DNA from: Patescibacteria group bacterium
GTDB lineage: Bacteria; Patescibacteriota; Microgenomatia; CAYGWK01
NCBI GenBank assembly: GCA_049322615.1
Contig: JBMORX010000005.1
Location: forward strand, 395 to 64,394
Direction: 5' to 3'
Length of the DNA: 64,000 nucleotides
The translations under genes were made by a program, and so were the position numbers. Every line of letters begins with the position of its first letter. Positions within the stretch are counted from its first letter, which is position 1. The notes beneath the pieces are model-generated. The model saw only the letters and a program-made list of their open reading frames with translations. It searched no databases and was not told the DNA's origin. Positions 36,960 to 44,989 of the stretch are shown piece by piece.

Positions 36960-37628
36960 ATGTTAGACCGGACTGAAAGGTCGAGACAGGAAAATCTTTT
37001 AGAAGAAGCCATCCAAGAGTATAAAACCCAGCCCCATACTCCAGAATTAGTTACCAAAACCTGGGAAAGACTGTGGCAAGTTTGGGGAGGAGGAGTAAAT
37101 CTTAATTTTATTGTTCCGGCTTGTAATCGTCCCCAAGAAAAGTTAGTCGAGCTTGAAAATTTGCCAGAACCCAGGATGATGATATATTGTCCGGATAAGA
37201 TAGCCACCCCTGAAGGTCTTTTTCTCCTTGGTGAAATATTCCCCCATATGGAAAGCTGGAGTCTTGAAAAAGGAGCCCGAGTGATAAATGAGGTTAACGT
37301 TGGTGGTTGGTATGATATTGAGGCAAGGATTGAGGCGCCCTATACCGGAACAACCGAAGATGGGTTGAGAAAATTATTTGCCTCCCAAGGAAGAACTGGT
37401 CAAAGGCTGGCTACCTATATTATTGGTGCTCAATTTAGTTTTTTAATTACCGGTCATTATTTTGATGATAGCCGTTCAAGGCAGTCTCGTCTGCTCGGGT
37501 CTCGCTGCTGGGACCGTGTTCTCTATGCCCGTTTTCATTGGAGTGGTCGCCTGATCGTTTTTGCGGACCTTCTTCCCCAGTTTCACGATTCGCTAACTGG
37601 TGGTCGCTCTGAGGTTTTGGTTGGGTGA
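36960..37628 (+). CDS. Hypothetical protein
   Basis: 222-aa ORF; no confident motif. Confidence 0.65.
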   Translation: MLDRTERSRQENLLEEAIQEYKTQPHTPELVTKTWERLWQVWGGGVNLNFIVPACNRPQEKLVELENLPEPRMMIYCPDKIATPEGLFLLGEIFPHMESWSLEKGARVINEVNVGGWYDIEARIEAPYTGTTEDGLRKLFASQGRTGQRLATYIIGAQFSFLITGHYFDDSRSRQSRLLGSRCWDRVLYARFHWSGRLIVFADLLPQFHDSLTGGRSEVLVG

Positions 37629-37643
37629 TGGTATAATGAAAGA

Positions 37644-37737
37644 GTGAAATTAATCGTCGGACTGGGTCCACCTAATCTTACTTCAAGTCTTTTCAGTTCT
37701 ATTCGAACACGACTTGAAGAGCGATTTTTGGCGGACC
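37644..37737 (+). repeat. False start of pth plus E-family hairpin (37665-37737)
   Basis: GTGAAATTAATCGTCGGACTGGGT and ATGAAATTAATAGTGGGACTCGGT both encode MKLIVGLG. Confidence 0.85.
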
Positions 37738-37750
37738 GAGTATTATTTAT

Positions 37751-38389
37751 ATGAAATTAATAGTGGGACTCGGTAATCCTGGGAAAAAATACGAAAAAAG
37801 CCGGCATAATATTGGTTTTATGGTCGTGGATGAACTCGCGCAGAAGTGGGAAGTGGGAAGGGTGAAGTGGGAAGAAGACAAGAAATCGAATACATTAATC
37901 ATCAATCATCAGCCATTGGCCATCCTGGTTAAGCCACAAACAATGATGAACGCTTCGGGTTTTGCCGTCAAATCCCTAATTACTAATTACAAATTACCAA
38001 TTACTAATCTCTGGGTAATCCATGATGATTTGGATTTACCTTTAGGGAAAATAAAAATTGTCAAAGGTCGGGGTTCAGCCGGACATTATGGGGTTGGGTC
38101 AATAATTCGGGAACTTGGGACAGCTGATTTTGTTAGGTTTAGGCTTGGAATAGGTCGTCCGGCGGGGAAGCCCCCCTTCGCCGAGGCTTCGGGGGGTAAA
38201 TGGGAAGTGGGAGGGGGGAGGTTAGTGGATGAAAATGTGATGCATCGGGAGGTTGAAAGATATGTTTTGGAAGGATTTGGAGGCAAGGAGGCAGTTGAGG
38301 CAAAAAAAACCATCAAAAAAACGGTCGAAGCAATCGAATTGGCCTTGGAAAAGGGAGTAGAGGAGGCAATGAATCGTTATAATAAATAA
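37751..38389 (+). CDS. pth: Peptidyl-tRNA hydrolase with several repeat-derived inserts
   Basis: LIVGLGNPG, RHNIGF, KPQT.MN.SG, HDDLD, R.GIGRP. Confidence 0.95.
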   Translation: MKLIVGLGNPGKKYEKSRHNIGFMVVDELAQKWEVGRVKWEEDKKSNTLIINHQPLAILVKPQTMMNASGFAVKSLITNYKLPITNLWVIHDDLDLPLGKIKIVKGRGSAGHYGVGSIIRELGTADFVRFRLGIGRPAGKPPFAEASGGKWEVGGGRLVDENVMHREVERYVLEGFGGKEAVEAKKTIKKTVEAIELALEKGVEEAMNRYNK

Positions 38390-38420
38390 GCAAATAAGCA
38401 AATAAGCAAATGTCAAATAA

Positions 38421-38828
38421 ATGACAAATAAGCAAATAAGCAAAGCTTGCTGCTTCGCAGTAAACAAATTAAAAAATAGAGATATTCACGAGAGAATTTA
38501 CAATTTTGTAATTGCGGTTCTAAGACTTCTTGCGGATCTGCCCAAAAATAATTTCAACCTAATTATTATTGATCAGTGCGGAAGGGCGGTAACTTCCGTT
38601 GGTGCTAATGATCAAGAAGCCGATGCCTGTGAAAGCAGGAGAGATTTTATCGCTAAATATTCTTTGGTGAAGAAAGAAATTAAAGAGGTCAATTATTGGC
38701 TGAGGTTAATTTTTGATTTAAATAAGGATTTCCAAACAAGGGTGGCTGTAATTCAGCAAGAAGGAAAAGAGATTCTTCTAATTGTCAGTTCGATCATCAA
38801 GAATACTAAGAAGTCTAAAAAAATTTGA
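38421..38828 (+). CDS. Four helix bundle protein flanked by inverted AAATAAGC arrays
   Basis: SVGANDQEAD..SRRDF..KE..YWL; flanks 38383-38443 and 38823-38899. Confidence 0.9.
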   Translation: MTNKQISKACCFAVNKLKNRDIHERIYNFVIAVLRLLADLPKNNFNLIIIDQCGRAVTSVGANDQEADACESRRDFIAKYSLVKKEIKEVNYWLRLIFDLNKDFQTRVAVIQQEGKEILLIVSSIIKNTKKSKKI

Positions 38829-39001
38829 CATTTGATTATTTGGAATTTGTTATTGATTTGTAATATTTGAAATTTGTAGTATTTGCTTATTTGATTATTG
38901 AATGAATGGAAAAATTTTGGGAATTTCATTTTCGGAAAGAATGGTTGTTACACCTCGGTGATTACACCTCGGAGGTGTAAGGAGGAAGGTGTAAGGCTAG
39001 A

Positions 39002-39364
39002 ATGAATAGCACAAAAAAAACAAAAGGACTTGAACCCTTAGGAAATATTCTCGCCCAATTTAATTCCCTAAAAGATAAATATATCTCCCGGGAATTTCAA
39101 AAATACGGTTATGATTTGGCAGTTGAGTTAGGGGATGTAGAACATAAGGCTTTATATATCAAGCTTGCTAAAGAACTTCCTCGAGAAATCCTGGAGCAGG
39201 CGAGAAATTTTGTCAAAGACGCGGGCAGAGTTAAAAGCAAAGCCAGACTTTTTATGTGGCGTGTAAAGTTTCTCAAAGAGAAACAACGCGCCAACCCCGT
39301 GTCCGCCAAAGGCGGATTTACGGGGTGGAAGCTGGAACAACTGCGAAAAGGGAGTCAAAAATGA
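39002..39364 (+). CDS. Hypothetical protein
   Basis: 120-aa ORF coupled to the next gene. Confidence 0.7.
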   Translation: MNSTKKTKGLEPLGNILAQFNSLKDKYISREFQKYGYDLAVELGDVEHKALYIKLAKELPREILEQARNFVKDAGRVKSKARLFMWRVKFLKEKQRANPVSAKGGFTGWKLEQLRKGSQK

Positions 39365-40329
39365 GTCTTCAGGGAAACTGGATTGATCTTTTAATCCTAA
39401 TCGTTCTTTTATTTTTTGTTCTTGAAGGTTTAGAGCAAGGGTTTTGGAGGCTTGCGGCTGAATTCTTTTCCTTTTTAGGCTCGCTTCTTTTGGCGATTCG
39501 CTTTTATTCTCTGGTGGCAAAATTTCTCGTTTTGAATTTTTCTTTATCTTACGGATTTGCCAATGCCTTAGGGTTTTTATTCACCGCAATCTTTGCGGAG
39601 ACGGCTTTAGCCGCCTTGGCTTTTTGGTTCTTTGGCAAGATTCCCCAAAAATGGCTTTCGGTTTGGTGGAACAAAATTTTAGGGGTAGTTCCGGCGATTT
39701 TAAATGGTCTGGTTTTAATTGCCTTCTTTTTAACTTTAATTATCGCTTTACCCATTACTCCCTTTTTAAAAAAAGACATCACTTCCTCAAGAATTGGGGG
39801 ATATTTAGTTGGCAAGACTTTCGGGATTGAACACAAATTTAATGAGATCTTCGGGGGCGCAGTTGAAGAAGCCTTGACCTTCTTGACGGTTAAGCCTGAA
39901 AGTCGCGAGCGAATTGACCTTCGTTTCACCACCAAAGAATTTTCCGTTGATCAGCTCTCTGAGACAAAAATGTTTGCCTTGGTAAATGAGGAAAGAGAGA
40001 GAAGAGGGATTAAAAAGTTGGAATGGGATCCAAGACTGGTGGTGGTCGCCCGGGAGCATGCAAAAGACATGTTTTTAAGGGGCTATTTTTCTCATTATTC
40101 CCCTGAAGGAGAAAATGTGAGTGATCGGCTTAAGGATAACCATATAGATTTTGCGGTTGTTGGGGAAAATTTAGCTCTGGCGCCAACGGTTTTTATTGCC
40201 CATCAGGGATTGATGGCTTCTTCGGGTCACCGAGCAAATATTCTTTCCCCTGAATTTTCCAAAGTGGGAATCGGGGTGATCGACGGCGGAATCTACGGAA
40301 AAATGTTTACCCAAGTTTTTACAGACTGA
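39361..40329 (+). CDS. CvpA-like membrane domain fused to CAP (SCP) domain
   Basis: NWIDLL, four TMs, VNEER, HAKDM..YFSH, GENLA, SSGHRANIL. Confidence 0.88.
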   Translation: MSLQGNWIDLLILIVLLFFVLEGLEQGFWRLAAEFFSFLGSLLLAIRFYSLVAKFLVLNFSLSYGFANALGFLFTAIFAETALAALAFWFFGKIPQKWLSVWWNKILGVVPAILNGLVLIAFFLTLIIALPITPFLKKDITSSRIGGYLVGKTFGIEHKFNEIFGGAVEEALTFLTVKPESRERIDLRFTTKEFSVDQLSETKMFALVNEERERRGIKKLEWDPRLVVVAREHAKDMFLRGYFSHYSPEGENVSDRLKDNHIDFAVVGENLALAPTVFIAHQGLMASSGHRANILSPEFSKVGIGVIDGGIYGKMFTQVFTD

Positions 40330-40331
40330 AA

Positions 40332-40928
40332 ATGAGATTAAAAAGGGATTTTTTTGCAAAAGAGACAATTTGGGTAGCCAAGAATTTACTGGGAAAATAT
40401 CTAGTAAGAAGGTTAAGGGGAAAGAAACAATTGGTTGGGAAAATTGTCGAGACCGAGGCTTATATTGGACCTGATGATAAAGCCTCCCACGCCGCTTTTA
40501 GAAAAACAAAAAGATGCGCCCCAATGTATGATAAGCCAGGGACGGCCTATGTTTATTTTATTTACGGGATGTATTGGATGCTCAATATTGTTACCGAAGA
40601 GAAGGGAAAACCGTGCGCGGTCCTGGTTCGGGCAATCGAACCAATAGAAAATGAAAAAATAAAAATGAAAAATGACATATTAAAATTTAAAAAGTTAGGA
40701 AGCGGGCCTGGGCTGTTGTGTAAGTGGCTGGCGATAGACGGTTCTTTTAATGGCGAGGATTTGGTTAAAAGCCAAAGACTTTGGCTAGAGGAGAAGGGTG
40801 ACAGGGTCCGACCCTGTCAGATTGTGGCGACTAAAAGAATTGGAGTAGAATACGCTGGTCCTTGGAAAGATAAGCCCTGGAGATTTTATCTAAAGAAAAA
40901 TCCATATGTCTCAAGGAAAGGTGTTTGA
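40332..40928 (+). CDS. mpg: 3-methyladenine DNA glycosylase (AAG type)
   Basis: IVETEAY, DKASH, YVYFIYGMY, GPG, RIGV. Confidence 0.92.
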   Translation: MRLKRDFFAKETIWVAKNLLGKYLVRRLRGKKQLVGKIVETEAYIGPDDKASHAAFRKTKRCAPMYDKPGTAYVYFIYGMYWMLNIVTEEKGKPCAVLVRAIEPIENEKIKMKNDILKFKKLGSGPGLLCKWLAIDGSFNGEDLVKSQRLWLEEKGDRVRPCQIVATKRIGVEYAGPWKDKPWRFYLKKNPYVSRKGV

Positions 40929-41247
40929 AAAAATTTATGAGGCAGTTAAAGGAATTCCTAAAGGGAAAGTGGCGACCTATGGGCAGATTGTAAATCAAAT
41001 TAAAAATGAAAAATTAAAAATGAAAAATGACAAAGAAAAATTTAAAATTACTCCGCGAGTAGTAGGATGGGTACTCCATCAAAACCCTGATTCTGAAAAT
41101 ATTCCTTGCCATCGGGTGGTGGATAGAAGTGGAAGATTGGCGTCTGGGTTTGCTTTCGGCGGAGCAAAAGAGCAGAAGAGAAAACTCCTGAAAGAAGGAG
41201 TAAAATTTAAAGATAGCATACATGTAGACCTTAATAAATACCAATAA
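40906..41247 (+). CDS. O6-alkylguanine-DNA alkyltransferase family protein
   Basis: IPKGKVATYGQ, RVVG, PCHRVV. Confidence 0.88.
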   Translation: MSQGKVFEKIYEAVKGIPKGKVATYGQIVNQIKNEKLKMKNDKEKFKITPRVVGWVLHQNPDSENIPCHRVVDRSGRLASGFAFGGAKEQKRKLLKEGVKFKDSIHVDLNKYQ

Positions 41248-41270
41248 ATACCAATAAATACCAATGACCA

Positions 41271-41651
41271 ATGATCAATAAGAATAAGAAAAAATACGAT
41301 ATTCATGAGAGAATTTTTAGATTTATAATCCGAGTAATAAACCTCACAAAGCAGTTACCGAAAAACCAGCAAAACTTAGTTATAATCAGTCAAATCCTGG
41401 ATTCGGTAACCTCTATGGGAGCAAATGATCAGGAAGCGGATGGAGCCTTAACTCGTAGAGACTTCATTCATTGTTATACTGTTGTTAGAAAAGAGGGAAA
41501 AGAAACTAACTTTTGGCTAAGATTAATTCAAGCAATAAATCCCGGATTTGCATCAAGAATGGTGGATTTGATTAAAGAAGGCGAAGAAATTGTCGCCATT
41601 GTGAGCCAGATTATCGCTAACGCAAGAAAAAAGTCTCTAAAGAAAAAATAA
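41271..41651 (+). CDS. Four helix bundle protein flanked by inverted ACCAAT arrays
   Basis: SMGANDQEAD..RRDF..RKE.KET.FWL; flanks 41235-41280 and 41651-41700. Confidence 0.9.
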   Translation: MINKNKKKYDIHERIFRFIIRVINLTKQLPKNQQNLVIISQILDSVTSMGANDQEADGALTRRDFIHCYTVVRKEGKETNFWLRLIQAINPGFASRMVDLIKEGEEIVAIVSQIIANARKKSLKKK

Positions 41652-41700
41652 TTGAGAATTGGTACTTATTTGAAATTTGTAGTATTGGTAATTATTGATC

Positions 41701-42462
41701 ATGTCTAAAGCCTATATTGGCACTTCTGGCTTTTCTTACCCTCACTGGGGCGATGGGATTTTTTATCCCAAAGGTTTACCTCAAAGAAAATGGTTTGAAT
41801 ATTATTGCCAGCATTTCTCAACGGTTGAGCTTAATGTTTCTTTTTATCGCCTGCCCAAAAAAGAGGCTTTTTCTTCCTGGCGAAAGCGGGCGGGGAAGGA
41901 TTTTGTTTTTTCGATTAAGGGTAGCCGATTTGTTACTCATGTTAAAAAATTAAAAGATTGTGAGGAGGCGGTCAAAACTTTTTTTGACGCCGCTAGCCCC
42001 TTAAGAGGTTCAACCTCACAGGAGATTGAACCTCCCCAGGAAAAGAACGTTGTTCTTTGGCAGTTACCTCCAGGATTGGCCTTCGACGAGCTCAGGCTAA
42101 AAAAGTTTTTGGCTATTCTTCCTCGGACGTGGCGGCATGCTTTTGAGTTCAGAAACGAGACCTGGCTTTGCTCCGAGGTATTTTCTTTATTACGGCACAG
42201 TAATAAAGTCGCGGTGTTCCAGGACTATCCTGACTGGCCGATGACGCGCGAAGCGACGGCGGATTTTGTCTATATTAGATTCCATGGCAACCGCGTGCTT
42301 TACTCTTCTGAATACACAGAAGAAGAACTAGAAACTTGGGCTTTGGATATTAAGAAATGGTTAAAACAAGGAAAAGATGTGTACGCTTATTTTAATAATG
42401 ATGCTCTAGGTTATGCGATTGAGAATGCGAAAACATTAAAGAAATTAGTAATTGGTAATTAG
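41701..42462 (+). CDS. DUF72 family protein
   Basis: IGTSGFSY..W, VELN.SFY, QLPP, EFR, RFHG, YFNND. Confidence 0.92.
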   Translation: MSKAYIGTSGFSYPHWGDGIFYPKGLPQRKWFEYYCQHFSTVELNVSFYRLPKKEAFSSWRKRAGKDFVFSIKGSRFVTHVKKLKDCEEAVKTFFDAASPLRGSTSQEIEPPQEKNVVLWQLPPGLAFDELRLKKFLAILPRTWRHAFEFRNETWLCSEVFSLLRHSNKVAVFQDYPDWPMTREATADFVYIRFHGNRVLYSSEYTEEELETWALDIKKWLKQGKDVYAYFNNDALGYAIENAKTLKKLVIGN

Positions 42463-42498
42463 TAATTTGGGGAGAGCGGTTTGTGGTATTATGGAATT

Positions 42499-43035
42499 AT
42501 GAGAAAAGAGATTTTAAGCCACTTGGTGCCGACTTTAGTCTTTTTGGTTTTTTTAACTCTTCTCCATTGGCAACTTAAGTTTTCTTTAATCTTTTTCTGG
42601 TTGGGCGCTTCCTTGGGCGCTGTTGTTTTAGATCTGGACCACCTTCTCTATACTTTTATCCAGGCTCCTCATGAATTTACTTCCCAGCGGGCAAAAAGAT
42701 TTTTTGAACAAAGAAAGTTTTGGGAAGGGATTATTCTTTTGTTTGAAACCCAAGAAGAACGGGGGAGAATGATTTTTCACTCGGTTTTGTTTCAGGTAAT
42801 TTTAGTGATTTTAACTTTTTTTGTTTTAACTTCCTCGGCCAGTCTTTTTGGGAAAGGATTGGTCCTGGGAATGCTCCTTCATAGCTTGACTGACCAGGGG
42901 TTTGAATTTGTCAAAAACGGAGAGATTGAAAACTGGTTCTGGCAATTTAGGCAAAAACCAGCCGTAAATCTTCAGGCTCTTTATTTAGCGGTAATTTTTC
43001 TTCTTTTTCTGATTTTGTCCCTTCTTTTGATTTAA
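42499..43035 (+). CDS. Membrane protein (metal-dependent hydrolase-like)
   Basis: LDLDH, FHS, LH..D in a TM context. Confidence 0.65.
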   Translation: MRKEILSHLVPTLVFLVFLTLLHWQLKFSLIFFWLGASLGAVVLDLDHLLYTFIQAPHEFTSQRAKRFFEQRKFWEGIILLFETQEERGRMIFHSVLFQVILVILTFFVLTSSASLFGKGLVLGMLLHSLTDQGFEFVKNGEIENWFWQFRQKPAVNLQALYLAVIFLLFLILSLLLI

Positions 43036-43044
43036 TCACCCCTT

Positions 43045-43114
43045 GACCCCAGTAGAACGCTTACCTGCTCTCGTGGTCTACGTCCACGCATCGCAGGAGC
43101 GCGTCTACGGGGTC
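43045..43114. repeat. E-family-like hairpin
   Basis: GACCCC..CGC-TTA-CCTGC..GCAGG-AGC-GCG..GGGGTC. Confidence 0.6.
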
Positions 43115-43155
43115 GGCGGGGCGTTTAATCCGCCCAGGGCGGATTATTTCGCCCC

Positions 43156-43185
43156 TTGACAGACCCTCCCCCCCCAGGGTACAAT
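43156..43185 (+). promoter_or_regulatory. csoR promoter with probable CsoR-type C/G-tract operator
   Basis: TTGACA-18-TACAAT enclosing ACCCTCCCCCCCCAGGGTA. Confidence 0.6.
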
Positions 43186-43208
43186 AACAAAATAAGCAAA
43201 TACTACAA

Positions 43209-43517
43209 ATGTCAAATACTACCAATACACAAAAAAACAAAAAAACAAAAAAACAAAATCCCTCGGTGAATGACCGCATGAATTATCTGATTGGACACCT
43301 CAGGGCGAATTTGAAGATGGTTGAGGAGGGAAGATATTGTATTGATATTATTAGGCAAAACCAGGCCGTAATTTCCGCTTTAAAAAAAGTGAATGAATTA
43401 ATTTTGCGAAATCATCTTGATACCTGTCTTACTAGGGCCGTTAGGGGAAAAAGCGAAAAACAAAGAAAAAAAGTTTTAGAGGAAATTGTTGAAATTTTTA
43501 AAGAGGGAGAAGAGTGA
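43209..43517 (+). CDS. csoR: CsoR-family metal-sensing repressor
   Basis: GHL..MVEE..YCIDII.Q..AV, HLDTC. Confidence 0.85.
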   Translation: MSNTTNTQKNKKTKKQNPSVNDRMNYLIGHLRANLKMVEEGRYCIDIIRQNQAVISALKKVNELILRNHLDTCLTRAVRGKSEKQRKKVLEEIVEIFKEGEE

Positions 43518-44989
43518 AAATGATTAAGGAAAAAACTTTCAAAGTCGAAGGAATGCATTGTGCTTCTTGCGAGCTGGTGATTGAGAAAAAATTACTAACT
43601 CTTCCAGGGGTCCAGTCAGTCGAAGCCTCAGTCGGTAAAAGTCAGGTTGTGGTTGAATATGAAGGGAAACCGCCACCAAACGAAGACCTCAATAAAATGT
43701 TCCTTCAGGAAAAGTATACCTTTTTTGACCAAGAAAAAGAGGTAAACCTTGAAACTGATAATTCGTTGACAGTGACGGTTATTGTGGTTTTGCTGGTGAT
43801 TATGGTTTTTATCATTGTCCAAGGTTTTGGTTTGCCAGGGCTTATTAACGTTAACAAGAATTCATCTTTGCTGGCATTTTTCGTTTTAGGGCTAGCTGCC
43901 GGAGTCTCAAGCTGCGCTGCCTTGGTGGGAGGTTTGGTGCTTTCGCTGTCCAAACAGTGGTTTGAGCTTTATTCTAATAGGAATTCGACCATCGAGAAAC
44001 TCCAGCCGCATTTTTTATTTAATACCGGCAGGATTCTCTCCTATGCTCTTTTCGGCGCGGCTCTTGGTTTAGTTGGCAATCGCCTAGAGATTTCCTTTGT
44101 CTTTACTTCCTTTTTAGTTATTGCCGTCTCTGTCCTTATGTTTCTCCTGGGGCTTGAGATGTTGGGGATTAGATACTTTCAGAAATTCCAAATCACCATG
44201 CCCAAAGCGATTACTAGATATGTGGCTGATGGAAGAAATTTTAAAGGCAGGTATATGCCTTTTCTGGTGGGAGCAATGACTTTTTTCTTGCCTTGCGGGT
44301 TTACCCTTACCGCTTATGGATTTGCTCTTCTTTCCGGAAGCATGGCGCAAGGAGCCTTAATTATGTTGGCTTTCGTTTTGGGGACCCTGTCAGGTCTTTT
44401 AGCGATCGGTCTATCGGGCATCAAATTGGCGGAAAGTCATCGTTTCTCAACCTTCTTTCCTAAGGCTGCCGGCGCCCTGGTTTTGTTTTTTGCTCTTTAT
44501 AATCTTAACAATCAGTTTAATGTTTTGGGGATTTCCAGTTTAAGTGATTTTAAGCTTAAGACCGCTGGTTTAACTCAAATAAATGGCAATGACTTGGCTC
44601 CGATAGTCGCAGGAAAACAGATCATCAAAATGGACGCCTCAGGCTACGGTTACCAACCAAACTATTTTAAAGTTCAGACTGGGATACCTATTCGTTGGGA
44701 GATAACGGATAAAGGAACGAGCGGTTGCACCAACGCGGTTATCTCCCGAGGGTTATTTGACGGACAAATTAGTCTGACGCCTGGCCAGGTGAGTGTTAAA
44801 GAATTCGTTGCCCCAAAACCGGGTCGGTATAAATTCAGTTGTTGGATGGGGATGATTTCAGGAACTATCGAAGTCGTGGATAAAAACGGCTCGGTAAAAT
44901 CTTCAGGGAATGTCGAAGTCCCCTCCGGCGCAAGGGGGTGCGGCTGTGGTGGGAGCGGGGGCTCCAGTAGCTGCCAGACGCTGAGATGA
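43514..44989 (+). CDS. HMA + DsbD-like TM + cupredoxin-domain protein
   Basis: GMHCASC, SSC..GG, FLPCG, CWMGM. Confidence 0.88.
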   Translation: MKMIKEKTFKVEGMHCASCELVIEKKLLTLPGVQSVEASVGKSQVVVEYEGKPPPNEDLNKMFLQEKYTFFDQEKEVNLETDNSLTVTVIVVLLVIMVFIIVQGFGLPGLINVNKNSSLLAFFVLGLAAGVSSCAALVGGLVLSLSKQWFELYSNRNSTIEKLQPHFLFNTGRILSYALFGAALGLVGNRLEISFVFTSFLVIAVSVLMFLLGLEMLGIRYFQKFQITMPKAITRYVADGRNFKGRYMPFLVGAMTFFLPCGFTLTAYGFALLSGSMAQGALIMLAFVLGTLSGLLAIGLSGIKLAESHRFSTFFPKAAGALVLFFALYNLNNQFNVLGISSLSDFKLKTAGLTQINGNDLAPIVAGKQIIKMDASGYGYQPNYFKVQTGIPIRWEITDKGTSGCTNAVISRGLFDGQISLTPGQVSVKEFVAPKPGRYKFSCWMGMISGTIEVVDKNGSVKSSGNVEVPSGARGCGCGGSGGSSSCQTLR

